A stretch of 63,919 nt of DNA, the filler included, from Octopus bimaculoides (Eukaryota): assembly GCF_001194135.2 (NCBI RefSeq). It is 6 parts of 6 records of this genome, joined end to end, with 100 filler letters (N's around TTAATTAATTAA, not from the genome) between each part and the next. Parts side by side here need not be neighbours in the genome. Positions count along the whole stretch, not along the records: positions 1 to 14,823 come from NC_069007.1; positions 14,924 to 30,271 come from NC_068995.1; 4 more parts are not named here. One strand, given 5' to 3'. The position numbers and the translations under genes were made by a program. The notes under the pieces are model-generated. The model saw only the letters and a list, made by a program, of their open reading frames with translations. It was not told the DNA's origin and did not search any database. Of this stretch, positions 13,815 to 25,094 are shown piece by piece (positions within the stretch are counted from its first letter, which is position 1; each line of letters starts with the position of its first letter).

Positions 13815-14370
13815 GTGGTTGTTCAACTCACAGGTCGGCCCTGAACGAGCAGACCCGATCTATGATCAACGCTCTTCCAGACATGACCAATCAGTTGATT
13901 TTATTATATATATTTTTTTTTTATTCCTTTCATTTTGCAACTACGTTATCCAACGTAGCCTTCCATTTTTAAGGTAGTAAGATGTAATTTGAAGGGATAT
14001 TTGGCTTCTATTTCTAGCCGGTTGAACGAACGAACCCCCTTATTGGTTTGTTATGGAATTGTTGTTTAGCCCCAGGTTACCCCTAATTAAACAAACCTAT
14101 GATCAAAGACGCTCCAGCCGTGACCTTTCCATCTTGCTTTCAGAGACGACATTAACATGGAATGTCCTTCATTTTTCAAGGCGACAGGTTATAATTTGAG
14201 AGCGATTTGACTGTTATTTCTAACAGATCGAACGACCTCGTAAAGGCTCTTTCGTTCACTTGTGAGAGCGATGGCAGTTGTTATTATTGTTATTTAACTC
14301 CAGGTCAGACCTGGTCGAGATGACCCATGATCAAAGATTCCAGCTGTGACCATCCCTTTTTTTCCTATGA
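13815..14370 (+). repeat. Short array (3 copies) of an unclassified ~235-bp repeat
   Basis: Core ATGATCAAAGAC-TTCCAGC-GTGACC recurs at about 13860, 14098 and 14328. Related copies at about 17500-17560 and 35000-35340. Confidence 0.65.
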
Positions 14371-14399
14371 GCAGGGTCCTTTTTACTGATTTTGCAGCG

Positions 14400-14646
14400 G
14401 TGACCGGGGAGTTTCCTTCTATAATGATGCAGAATTGAGAGTTTGGTTGGATCAATTTTTTGAGTCGAAATCGGGTGATTTCTAACAACGATCTATTGAA
14501 AATCTTGTTGAACATTGGGAAGAAGTTGTAAACAACAAGGGTGAATACATTGTTGATTAATTAGTTGTTATTTTTTTTTATTAAACCTTTAAAAAAATTT
14601 TTAATTAAAAAAAAAAAAAAGTGGGAACTTAGTTGCCAACCCAATA
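14400..14646 (+). mobile_element. mariner 3' end fragment
   Basis: Degenerate ...WLDQFFESKSGDF...SIENLVEHWEEVVNNKGEYIVD* followed by TIR GGGAACTTAGTTGCCAACCCAATA. Confidence 0.85.
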
Positions 14647-14823
14647 AATACACTGGAGCTTTGAAAGTTTAGTCAATTAAAGATAAAAAAACTATGACTT
14701 TGGATATGCATGGTATAAAGGAAATTATCAGTTTAGACAGAGTTTAAAGAAAAAAGCTTATTTCGACCGAACAATTCACAAAACATGGAACAGTTGAGAC
14801 AAAGATGCAGAAATCAATTTGAA

Positions 14824-14923
14824 NNNNNNNNNNNNNNNNNNNNNNNNNNNNNNNNNNNNNNNNNNNNTTAATTAATTAANNNNNNNNNNNNNNNNNNNNN
14901 NNNNNNNNNNNNNNNNNNNNNNN
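14824..14923. other. Artificial 100-bp spacer (44N-TTAATTAATTAA-44N)
   Basis: The 12-mer at 14868-14879 gives stop codons in all six frames. Identical structure occurs five times in the window. Confidence 0.95.
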
Positions 14924-15272
14924 TCTGTTGTACCTGTAATTCAAAGGGTCAGCCTTGTCACACTGTGTCACGCTGAATACCCCCGAGAACTACGTTAAGG
15001 GTACACGTTTCTGTGGAGTGCTCAGCCACTTGCACGTTAATTTCACGAGCAGGCTGTTCCGTTGATCGGATCAACTGGAACCCTCAACGTCGTAAGCGAC
15101 GGAATGCCAACAACAACAATGGTTACGAGGGTCCACTGAATCTCCCCGAGAACTACGTTACGGGTACACGTGTCTGTGGAGTGCTCAGCCACTTGCACGT
15201 TAATTTCACGAGCAGGCTGTTCCGTTGATCTGATCAACTGGAACCCTCGACGTCGTAAGCGACGGAGTGCCA
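14924..15272 (+). mobile_element. Two tandem 3' tails of SINE family B
   Basis: GAGAACTACGTTA...GGAACCCTC(G/A)ACGTCGTAAGCGACGG occurs twice (ending about 15118 and 15272); same tail as the full copy at 21413-21802. Confidence 0.85.
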
Positions 15273-15620
15273 AAAGACACCTAAGCCACAACGTAGAAAC
15301 ATAACAAAGATTAAACTTGTCTACAAGTAATATTTTGACTGTAAGTCAGGGAAGCATGAGAGGGACTGGACACCACATATTTGCTGTTGACAGTGCAATG
15401 CAATGTTAATAGCTTGGATGAATTGCAAAAGAAAAGCTATGCCGTTCTCGTCCGCCACGGTTTGGCGTGAGCCGAAAAATCACTTCAATGATCGTTATTT
15501 TTTTATTTGACAAAAACTGATGATTTTACAAATAGAAACAAATCAAAAGTCATATACCCAAACTGCGAATCAGCAATAAAGCCAGTACTACATGATGAAA
15601 CAAATCCAACCTCAGTTTCC
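15273..15620 (+). mobile_element. DNA transposase N-terminal relic (superfamily not assigned)
   Basis: Across stops and a frameshift: KTPKPQRRNITKIKLVYK*YFDCKSGKHERDWTPHICC*QCNAMLIAWMNCKRKAMPFSSATVWREPKNHFNDRYF...NKSKVIYPNCESAIKPVLHDE. Resembles the WAPHICC / MPFAVPMVWREP / YPNLPSAxRPVPH motif series of a widespread invertebrate transposase family (recalled, not searched). Confidence 0.75.
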
Positions 15621-15665
15621 ACCAGCAATGACAAATTCGTTGGAAACAGCTGTAGTGAATTGACA

Positions 15666-15707
<42 letters not shown>

Positions 15708-16020
15708 AAAGGGAGAAAAGGGAGAAACTGACATGCACACGTCAGTTTATTCAAATCTATTCAAAATCCATAAAGTGAAATTCCTGTCCAACAGCCATTA
15801 TCATATCCAATTAGTTCAATTACAGAAATTAAATCAATTTAATTTAAATTTTCACATTGAAACTGGTTAATTGGGCATTTCATCAGGGAAGAATTTTCTC
15901 AAAAGGGAGTTGCATTTCAGCGTGTTGGTTGGCCTACGACAGACTCATATATGGATACATTGATCAATTATACACACACATACACACGCATACACACACA
16001 TACATACATACATACATACA

Positions 16021-16052
<32 letters not shown>

Positions 16053-16064
16053 CANNNNNNNNNN

Positions 16065-16133
<69 letters not shown>

Positions 16134-16410
16134 ACGTCCCACGTTTCTGAACTTCAGGCAATAATGAAATCACTATTCAATATGAGTTTACATACATATT
16201 CGTTGGCAGTCATGTTAGAGGATGATTACTCGCCTTGTTTGGAAATCTGTGGAATACCCTGCGTGTTTTTTGTATGCCAATCTGTTGCATATGTGACTTG
16301 TTAACCAAATAAACTTTGAATGAAATTATACTAGAAATTGATAATATTAATTAAAAGTTTGCTTTTTTTTTACTTTCTGTTTTTTTTTTCTTTTTCTTTT
16401 GGGTTCTTAC

Positions 16411-16567
16411 CTTTCAACTGGATTTCTCAACAACAAAATAAATTTAACGTTTGGTGTCAGGTGTGAAATACAATGAGGTGTTAAGACTGTAGGTTGCTCA
16501 AGGCCTTTATTTTGCGCGATAAGCGGCCATCCAGTGAAATCCCAGAAAACTGTAGGACTACCATCAC
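16411..16567 (-). CDS. CHST15: CHST15-like internal exon C
   Basis: Acceptor tgttgtgcatttcAG, donor AG|GTAAGA, 157 nt, phase 1 to 2. Encodes (C)DGSPTVFWDFTGWPLIAQNKGLEQPTVLTPHCISHLTPNVKFILLLRNPVE(R), including the start of the 3'-PAPS-binding motif LRxPxER. In frame with exon B. Confidence 0.92.
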
Positions 16568-18537
16568 CTGAAATGCACAACATATATTGTATTTAAGATA
16601 CAAGCTGAGGGCAGAGCGGCTTATGGTTGAGATTTCACTTGATATCATAGTATTTATTTATTTCTCAGAATCTATAATGGTGGAAGTCAAATGAAATTAT
16701 CCGACTGAGAATGGAAACTCGAAAATAATGAGAATGATTAAAACAATGATTAAAGCACAACGAATGGAACAAAAACTCGGCTCACCTGGTAATTATCTCT
16801 CATTCTACAGTGTTCAGAAATGGCATTCAGTCAACAAATACATTGTGTTGTCTCCCTACTTTTTTTCAAAAGTTTATTGAAATTTATTCAACCGAACAAA
16901 GAAGCCAAACAGCATGTCAAATCGTGTACAGTATGACAAGAAATATGTTATATACTTAATTATACAGTAGTTATACTGTAGTGTTTTCCACCGTAAAACG
17001 CTTTCACTCAAACAATGACGATGACATGGCTCTATGGTCCGAGAGGTTTGATTCACAACACCGTGTCTATAGTCAGCACCACGACATTTTCCATATATTA
17101 TCCAGCGAAACACTTGGAAATATGATCAATGACGTTTCCTGAGATCATTGGGTGTTCAAGGTATTTCAACACCTGGACACGTTCACTAGGAAATGCTACA
17201 AGGGTTCACCGAGCCCAGACTTGTGCCCATTAAACACTACTCCTGGTAGAAATACTCCTTCCAAGGATGACACCTTTTGATTTTCAATCACTTTTCCTTT
17301 TCTATCTCCACAGTCAACTTAATGTCCCTCAGTTAACTGACCACAGAGATGTCCACGGAAGAGTATTCTAGAATTACTTCTAGTTTCACTATAAGTGCCA
17401 CGTGAATGAAATTAGGCAGACTGAAGATGTACGCAGCACCATCATGCGTGTGTGTGTGTGTGTGTTTGTATACATCGGCGAAAGATTTTATCGTTAACCC
17501 CAGTTAAACCTTGATCAAGGAAACCTATGGTCGAAGCATTCCAACCGGTCACACGCCATCGTCCTATTTCTTTTTTTCTTTTTCTTTTATTTTTCAGACA
17601 TAGTGTATCTAGGATCACATTATCCAATATGTTCTCCACCATTTTTGAAAACAGCTGCACGTGATATAAGAGAGATTTAACTACCATATTTAGATGATTG
17701 AGTGACCACATAGAGATTCCTGTAAGCAATGGAGCAGTTAGGCAGAGGAAAGAGTTTGGCGCGCATTTGGAAAGCAAGACATAGTGGGATCTTAGAAAGG
17801 GAAGAGTCCAGGGTGGATGGAGGTTAAATGGAGGAAGAACAGAAGCCGTTTTAAGAGATGCTTTCGAGTCAATAATCTCAGGGTTTTAGGAAGCTGGCTG
17901 AGTGATATTACAGCTTTTTAGGAAGTCTCCAAAAACATTCCTAAAATATTTCTGATTGTGAAGAGAGACCCTAATTTATTTGCTAATGCAGTATGTGCGT
18001 GATTACCGTGAGAGAGTGCCACAGATCTAGCAGTTGAGATTATTTTGAAGGTTTAAGATGTGCACCTTTTTATAAGTATTTTAACACAATGATTTACTTG
18101 AGCTTTTTTTTTTATAGTGACTATTTCCTAAGTATGCATACTGTTTGTAACTTGGAGTTGTCATATTCTTATTAAAGCACATTTTCTTGTAACTGTTCGA
18201 AGGAGCAGTGAAAGACTCATGTAACGTTGCTTTTGGTTAAATGTAATGGCGCTACCCGCCAGAAGAGTAGATTAAAGAATAAATGAAATTACTACGAACT
18301 ATATAAGGTCATATACTAATTCACATGTATATACCTACTGCGAACAACCATGTATGTTCATCTCGACATCAATCTGATAAATAAACACGCTTTAAATTTG
18401 ATAAACCTCTTCTACCATGCCCACAAGAAGAAAAACAGAAAGCAAAAGATTATATATACACTTATAGTCAGGACCGGTTTTTAAACCAATTAGACAAATT
18501 TATTATTTATTTGCGTATTTTTGCTGTATTTACATTT

Positions 18538-19729
18538 TATCAGATCATCCCATAAGCTCTGTCCGAAATTTGAATAAAGAAAACAAGTGATCAAATGTTC
18601 TATTTAATTGAAATTTAATCATCAATGTACTTTCCCTGATTATCTATGACTTCCTGCCATCTGTTTATAAGCTTTTTAATCTCATTAATGTAAAACTCTT
18701 TTGGTTTCAAAGCGAAGNNNNNNNNNNTTCCTGCCATCTGTTTATAAGCTTTTTAATCTCATTAATGTAAAACTCTTTTGGTTTCAAAGCGAAGAATTCT
18801 GAAATGTCAGTTTCGACCTCCTCCTGGCTTGCGAAAGTTATATCCCCCAAATGATTCTGTAAACTACGAAACAAATGGTAGTCTGAATGAGAAAGGTCGG
18901 GAGATTAAGGTGGATGAGGAATTTTTTCTCAACCAAGCTCTCCGATCTTCTGTGATATGATCTTTGCAGTGTGGGGTCACGCATTGTCCTGATGAAGCAT
19001 CACTCCTTTTCGATTCACTAAAGCATGTCTTTTTTTCTTCAAAGTTTGGTTCAAGCGCTCTAATTGCTGACAGTAAACTTGAGCATTGATTGTTGCATTA
19101 GGTAGTAACAATTCAAAGTGAATTACTCCTTTGCAATCCCACCAGATAGAGAGAACCTTTTTCCCATGAAGTTCCCTTCTCGGTTGTGGTTGAGCTTTTT
19201 CCTTTTTACCAAACCACTGTTTATGACGATTAGCATTTCGATAGAAGATCCATTTTTCGTCAACAGTCACAAGTCTATCGAAAATAGGTGAAATGAGTTC
19301 TCGAGAATGGAGAGAAGAGTAGATCTCAACTCGAAATTTGCGGTNNNNNNNNNNTCAAACACAACTGGATCTTCATCTTCAAGTCTGAAATCTCCACTTC
19401 TGAATTTTGCAAACCATCTCCTGCAAGTTCTTTCATTCGAGCATAAACTGAGTGTATGTCTCGAGTTGCTTCGGCTGCAGAGTTTCCTTTTTTGTACTCA
19501 TAAAGCATTATGTGCCTCAAATGCTCTTTGAACACTTCCATGTTAGAAAGGGTTTTTAATCAAGGAAATTTTAATTCTATTATTCTGTAAAATAATATTT
19601 AATTAGTTTAAATGTACACAAATGCATAAAAATAATTTTCAGTTCCATTATACATTCTAAAATACTTTTAAATTTCATTCAATTTTAAAAAAAGGTAAAA
19701 TCAGACAGAACTTATGGGATGACCTAATA
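18538..19729 (-). mobile_element. Near full-length defective mariner element in a CHST15-like intron
   Basis: TIRs TAT(C/T)AG(A/G)TCATCCCATAAG at both ends. Minus-strand MEVFKEHLRHIMLYEYKKGNSAAEATRDIHSVY (HTH), TVDEKWIFY, WWDCKGVIHFELL and MLHQDNA. Frameshifted and internally deleted. Confidence 0.93.
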
Positions 19730-19850
19730 TTTGCATCATATGTACTTTATATACAAGTTTTACTTTATCTATTCGCTAGAAAGTTCGGAATACGAAATTT
19801 TGAGGTTCCTCAACTTGGAGTTTAATTATAAACGTTGACGTGTCTCTCTA

Positions 19851-20118
19851 TAGCCGTGGTTCCCAATCAAAGTCCATAAGGTCCTTCGGGGTTTACATAA
19901 GATTCTATTGTTAAAGTTTATGTACTATAAATTGGTTATATTTCTACAATACACAAAATATTTCAAGAGTTTTTTTTAAATACAATTCCTAATAATATTT
20001 AATTAAATGAATATAATGTGACGTTTCAAATCATTGAAGGGATATGAGAATCCATACGAGTAAAATAAGAATCAAAGGGATCCATAGGCAAAAAAAAATA
20101 GTTGAGAATCACCACTAT
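19851..20118. mobile_element. hAT-like MITE 1
   Basis: Termini TAGCCGTGGTTCCCAA ... GTTGAGAATCACCACTA resemble CAGTGGTTCYCAAC-type hAT inverted ends. Non-coding. Confidence 0.6.
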
Positions 20119-20142
20119 AGATATAGTTAAGCCTCTAGACTC

Positions 20143-20505
20143 TAGAGCAGGGTTTTCTCAACCAATTTTCACCAATGGACGCCTTTGATTACTACTTTAT
20201 TTTGGTGGACCCCACCACAGCCATTCAGTGTTTAAAAACTAGTTTTATAGGAACTTCTTTCAAAATTCCTATTTTGATTTTCACACATTAACTCGTGTAG
20301 GTTGAACTATGTAAAATGTTAGAGAAAGAGACCTAGCTGTTTCTTGCGATGCATACTAATACATACGTCAAAAGCATTTTTCTTTTCAGGCGCCCTTAAA
20401 ATACTATTGTGGATCCCTGGTTTATTATTTTGTTGCGTGGACCGCTAAAAGTTTGATATAGACCCTCAGGGGCCATATGGATTCCCGTTGAGAGCCACTA
20501 TTCTA
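20143..20505. mobile_element. hAT-like MITE 2
   Basis: Termini TAGAGCAGGGTTTTCTCAACC ... GTTGAGAGCCACTATTCTA. A related left-end fragment lies near 11256-11345. Confidence 0.6.
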
Positions 20506-20549
20506 TAGGCTTAACTAGGCGCTTTAGGAAAGAGTTGTACCGTACTCAC

Positions 20550-20669
20550 ATATTATATGAGATCTTAAATTTCCAGAAGAGTCATTCAGACGTTTGGCAG
20601 CAATATCAAATACATTCACATAGTCTTCAAATGACTGTATTCTCTTGTTCCGTATAAATACGTCATACC
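20550..20669 (-). CDS. CHST15: CHST15-like internal exon B
   Basis: Acceptor ttgttttcctttgtgatgtacAG, donor T|GTGAGT, 120 nt, phase 1 to 1. Encodes (G)YDVFIRNKRIQSFEDYVNVFDIAAKRLNDSSGNLRSHII, matching the family xEDYxxxFDxAA segment. In frame with exon A. Absent from the ORF track. Confidence 0.9.
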
Positions 20670-21412
20670 CTGTACATCACAAAGGAAAACAAGCAACGGT
20701 TAAACGCTTCAACGAAACTGCAAAAACTATGAAGAATGACCAGTTTGGGGAATAGTTTTAGAAAGAATAATTCTAAATTGAAGTTTAGGATTGTTTTCGA
20801 TGAGAATGACATGTCCCAGTTAGCATTTTGTTCTTAGCATTTTATCAAAAAGTGATTATGGACCGTATGTTTTCTTCAATTTACAGAAGTCGAAACATAA
20901 AAAAATACTAGAGGTGCAAGCATTGTTCACATTGCTTACTGGAAACACAAATTCTGGCTTCTTATTTGAATTTCCCCCTCTCTCTCTCTCTCACTTTCTT
21001 TATCTCTCCCCCTCTCTATCATGCGTGTGTGAGGGGTGGTGATGGTGAGAAGGCACATGGCCGAGTGGTTAGGCTGTTCCACTCACGATCGCAAGATGGT
21101 AGTTACTATTCCCAGACAACAATGCGAAGAAGCGCAATGTGATCAGCGGTATGTAGCAACAGCTAATAGTCTGCACAACGTGTGTGTGTGTATCACTGTA
21201 TCGACCAGACTACCGGATATTATACACCATTGGTCATAAAGCGCTTCCTCGTATTGGTTTCCATCTTGGCCCCAAACTGTTTCATTAAACATTGCATTTC
21301 CAATGATTTTGGCAGAAAAGTCATCTCGACGCTATGGAAGGCCTTTTCATAGTCGACAAAAGCGATGCACAGAGACAGCTTGTATTCTTTCGCTCTATCT
21401 ATAAGCTCTGTT

Positions 21413-21802
21413 GTGGAGGCGCAATGGCCCAGTGGTTAGGGCAGCGGACTCGCGGTCATAACATCGCGGTTTCGATTCCCAGACTGGGCGTTGTGAGTGT
21501 TTATTGAGCGAAAACACCTAAAGCTCCACGAGGCTCCGGCAGGGGATGGTGGCGAACCCTGCTGTACTCTTCCACCACAACTTTCTCTCACTCTTTCTTC
21601 CTGTTTCTGTTGTACCTGTAATTCAAAAGGGCCAGCCTTGTCACACTATGTCACGCTGAATATCCCTGAAAACTACGTTAAGGGTACACGTGTCTGTGTG
21701 TGGAGTGATTAGCCACTTGCACGTCAATTTCACGAGCAGGCTGCTCCGTTGATCGGAGCAACTGGAACCCTCGACGTCGTAAGCGACGGGGTGCCAGCAA
21801 CA
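21413..21802 (+). mobile_element. Full-length tRNA-derived SINE, family B (octopus OR-type), with 12-bp TSD
   Basis: A box TGGCCCAGTGG, B box GGTTTCGATTCC, (CAA)n tail. TSD ATAAGCTCTGTT at 21401-21412 and 21803-21814. Other copies: 27875-28232, 60105-60410 (different tail), 26010-26135 (-). Confidence 0.92.
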
Positions 21803-22021
21803 ATAAGCTCTGTTAGAGTGAATATGTGATCTCCCGCATTGTAGTTCTTACAGAGACCTGCTCGTTCCCTTTGCTGCTCCTCATCGAGGTGTTTCAGAGG
21901 TCTAGTGACTGTGACCTTTATAAGCACCTTATAGAGGTGAAACAGGAGGCATACGAAGCGATAGTTTCTTCAATCTTCCTTATCAGATTTTTTGTGAAGC
22001 TACATGGCATTCGACTGTTTA

Positions 22022-22231
22022 TACTCTTTTATTTGTTTCAGTCATTTGACTGCGGTCATGCTGGAGCACCGCCTTTAGTTGAACAAATCGACCCCAGGAC
22101 TCACTCTTTATAAGCCTAGTACTTATTCTATCGGACCCTTTTGCCGAACCGCTAAGTTACGTGGACAGAAACACACTCGTAGTGGTTATCAAGTGATGGT
22201 GGGGAGACAAACATACACACACACACACACA

Positions 22232-22275
<44 letters not shown>

Positions 22276-22426
22276 CATATATTTACGACGGGATTCTTTC
22301 AGTTTCCGTCTACCAAATCCACTCACAAGGCTTTGGTCGATCCGAGGTTATAGCAGAAGACACTTGCCCAAGGTGCCACGCAGTGGGACTGAATCCAGAA
22401 CCATGTGGTTGGGAAGCAAGCTTCTT
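22022..22426 (-). mobile_element. tRNA-derived SINE, family A
   Basis: Reverse complement of the family A body (GGCACCTTGGGCAAGTGTCTTC ... GACTGAAACAA.TAAAAGAGTA). Confidence 0.9.
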
Positions 22427-22589
22427 TATTTCATTATACTAGCTGTGAAAGCCGTACATAGAGGGGACAGCACAAGGTGGGGGACAAAAAAACAAAACGA
22501 ATGGAAAGGATGAATTAAATCTAATGAAAACTGAAATGAAACCATTCGGCCACACCTCCGAGCGACTTCATTGAACCTGTTAATACAAC

Positions 22590-23520
22590 GTTGTTTTTTG
22601 TTTTGTTTCGTTTTGTTATTTTTTAAACTAGTTTATAACACAGTTATTAGCGACAGCTAATTATCATTCCCCCGAAGGATGTTTACATTGTGCTTCTTTA
22701 AAATATCATAAACTCTTACTTGCTTAGACATTGAGCTGGTGTCCAATTTCTTGACCCAGCACTCATAGTCATGGGTTTCCTCAAAGTCCTTTTATCTTGA
22801 TACATATATATGCTGGGTCTGCGACGCTGGTACTAGTCTTCATCTGTGGTGCCGCTTCACTCTCCTTTTCCTCAATCGCCACGAGTAGTGGAGCACAAGC
22901 CACTTCCTCATTCTCTTGTTTCTCCTTAGCCTTCACAAGTGGTAGAGGACAATCCGCTCTAATGTGGCCTTTTAGGTCACATTTACAGCACCGCGGAATC
23001 CTCTCTTCCACTCTGACTTTCAGTGTTGCGTCTCCGACCGTGATTGTCTCTACCACATTTTCGATATCTTCCACTGCAACTTGTACCACCATATCAAGGC
23101 TTTGTCCTTGCCAGTTCCTGTGGGGTGTTCTGGCGGCCTGGAGGGCCACCACCTTCTCCTCCATGCCTAGCAGTATGGCAGCTACCAGCCAGGCTACATC
23201 CACTTCTGGCGGTATGCCTTCTACCCTAACCCTGGAAGCACGTCTCCCAAGGTATACGGGTAGAAGCAGCACTTCATCAGTTCTCAATGGTGTTGCTGAG
23301 TGCAGCCTGGCAGTAGCCACCTCCCGAAACCGCAACTCCACTATTCCAAAGATTTTTTCCTCTGGCTAGGTAGGAAATTCCTTACCAGATTTGTTTTAGA
23401 GCCTTTTCTCCTTGAGCCATCGTCATGATTTCAATCTTCCTGGCTGCCACCGAATGTTCTGTAAATCATGGTTTTCTCATTTTTCACTTTTAATACTTCT
23501 TTGTGTGCAGTGTGGGCGGG
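22590..23520 (-). mobile_element. LINE ORF1-like (RRM + CCHC zinc knuckle; L1/Tx1-type) element with no ORF2
   Basis: ORF 22781-23341: ...RVRVEGIPPEVD...LKVRVEERIPRCCKCDLKGHIRADCP (CX2CX4HX4C). Degenerate upstream extension to about 23520. An A-rich tract on the minus strand lies at 22590-22624. Confidence 0.75.
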
Positions 23521-23871
23521 GGGACACACACACACACACNNNNNNNNNNNNNNNNNNNNNNNNNNNNNNNNNNNNNNNNNNNNNNNNNNNNNNNNNNNNN
23601 NNNNNNNNNNNNNNNNNNNNNNNNNNNNNNNNNNNNNNNNNNNNNNNNNNNNNNNNNNNNNNNNNNNNNNNNNNNNNNNNNNNNNNNNNNNNNNNNNNNN
23701 NNNNNNNNNNNNNNNNNNNNNNNNNNNNNNNNNNNNNNNNNNNNNNNNNNNNNNNNNNNNNNNNNNNNNNNNNNNNNNNNACAAACGCTATACAGGAAGC
23801 AAGCTTCTTACTACCCAACCACGCTTGCGTCTGTGTGTGTGTGTGTGTATGTGTGTGTGTGTGTGTGTGCA

Positions 23872-24282
23872 TACTCTCTTTTACTCTTTTACTTGTTTCA
23901 GTCATTTGACTGCGGCCATGCTGGAGCACCGCCTTTAGTCGAGCAAATCAACCCCAGGACTTATTCTTTGTAAGCCTAGTACTTATTCTATCGGTCTCTT
24001 TGCCGAACCGCTAGGTTACGGGGACGTAAACAGACCAGCATCGGTTGTCAAGCGATGTTGGGGGACAAACACAGACACACAAACAACACACATATATATA
24101 TACATATACACATATACGACGGGCTTCTTTCAGTTTCCGTCTACTAAATCCACTCAGAAGGCTTTGGTCGGTCCGAGACTATAGTAGAAGACACTTGCCC
24201 AAGGTGCCAACCAGTGGGACTGAACCCGGAACCATGTGGTTGGTAAGCAAGCTACTTACCACACAACCACTCCTGCGCCTAT
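23872..24282 (-). mobile_element. Full-length tRNA-derived SINE, family A
   Basis: Head ATAGGCGCAGGAGTGG(T/C)TGTGTGG (A box) ... GGTTCAGTCC (B box), internal microsatellite, tail (AAAAGAGT)n. Further copies or fragments near 3290, 6200, 6410, 8685-9030, 10630, 11640, 25938, 30110, 30400, 35400-35935, 44200, 55090, 60700, 61462-61606 and 62260. Confidence 0.92.
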
Positions 24283-24767
24283 GCGCATACGTATATATTT
24301 TATCTATAAAATAGAGAAAGAAAATGTAATTCACGAGACTCTTTATCCAGAACCACTACAACTGTTTCGATCCATCATGCACCGGTATCTTGCAGGTGAG
24401 CTTCTGTAGAAACAGTTGTGATGCATCGTGGGTGCAGATGTGTCTTCTCGGGTGATTTTTCAAAATGTATCTCGTTTTTTTTTTTTTGTTCGCCGTTTCG
24501 CTTATTTCTATGACAATACATTTTGATAATTGTAGCGTATTGTGTGCCTCTAGAATGAAAAATTCTTCTCATATAAACAATAAAATAAAGAATACGAGGA
24601 TAAAATAGTTAAGAATCAAAATTAAAATTAATGAATTAAGGTTCTTCGACCTTGCATTTAAGGAACTAAAACCCAGACATATAGAGGGGTGGATTCAATA
24701 CATTAGTTCGATTTAAGCAACTTTTCCTTCTGATTAAAAATAATAAAAAATAAACTGAATGATTTAC

Positions 24768-24987
24768 CGAATCGCCTCCACGACCACCAGTGAGTTTCTT
24801 TTCCATTGAGTGCATTTGTTCGGAGTAATTCTGGATGTTGTCTTAGTCGAGAAAATAGATCAGTTGTACCACATTTATCAACTCCAACCAGATAAAAATA
24901 TGGTAAACAACGCAAAGTTAAGGTTTTTCCACCCGGCATTTCATACCAACAAGGGTTCTTGAAGCGATTCGAAAATGGTATCGGTTT
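24768..24987 (-). CDS. CHST15: CHST15-like (GalNAc 4-sulfate 6-O-sulfotransferase) internal exon A
   Basis: Acceptor tttctgtttccAG, donor G|GTAAAT, 220 nt, phase 0 to 1. Encodes KPIPFSNRFKNPCWYE...LRCLPYFYLVGVDKCGTTDLFSRLRQHPE...KETHWWSWRRF(G). Contains the 5'-PAPS-binding motif (KCGTT) and the NPCW, LRCLP and KExHWW motifs of the CHST15 family. Symbol denotes family; one-to-one orthology is not shown. Confidence 0.93.
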
Positions 24988-25094
24988 CTGGAAACAGAAA
25001 TATATTACGATAAAAGTGCCAACTGCAAATTTAATTTTATATATAAATGAGTGTGCGCGTGTGTTTGTAATAAATGTATATTTTGTATATATCA

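Noticed and set aside
16240-16282. Possible next CHST15-like exon (caacAG then RLAYKKH...)
   Set aside because: It does not match the expected RLYSDY motif and hits a stop after about 22 codons.
17130-18000. Faint I/Nimb-type LINE similarity (NLHPPWTLP; RNase H-like W...ER spacing)
   Set aside because: Too degenerate to support without an alignment. The same applies to the purine-rich block at 57000-57300.
18647-18797. 70-bp direct repeat inside the mariner element
   Set aside because: The copies sit on either side of a 10-N gap, typical of an unmerged contig overlap.
21413-21490. tRNA-like sequences with A and B boxes (also 24200-24282, 28429-28500, 60105-60175)
   Set aside because: They are SINE heads continuing into SINE bodies, not tRNA genes.
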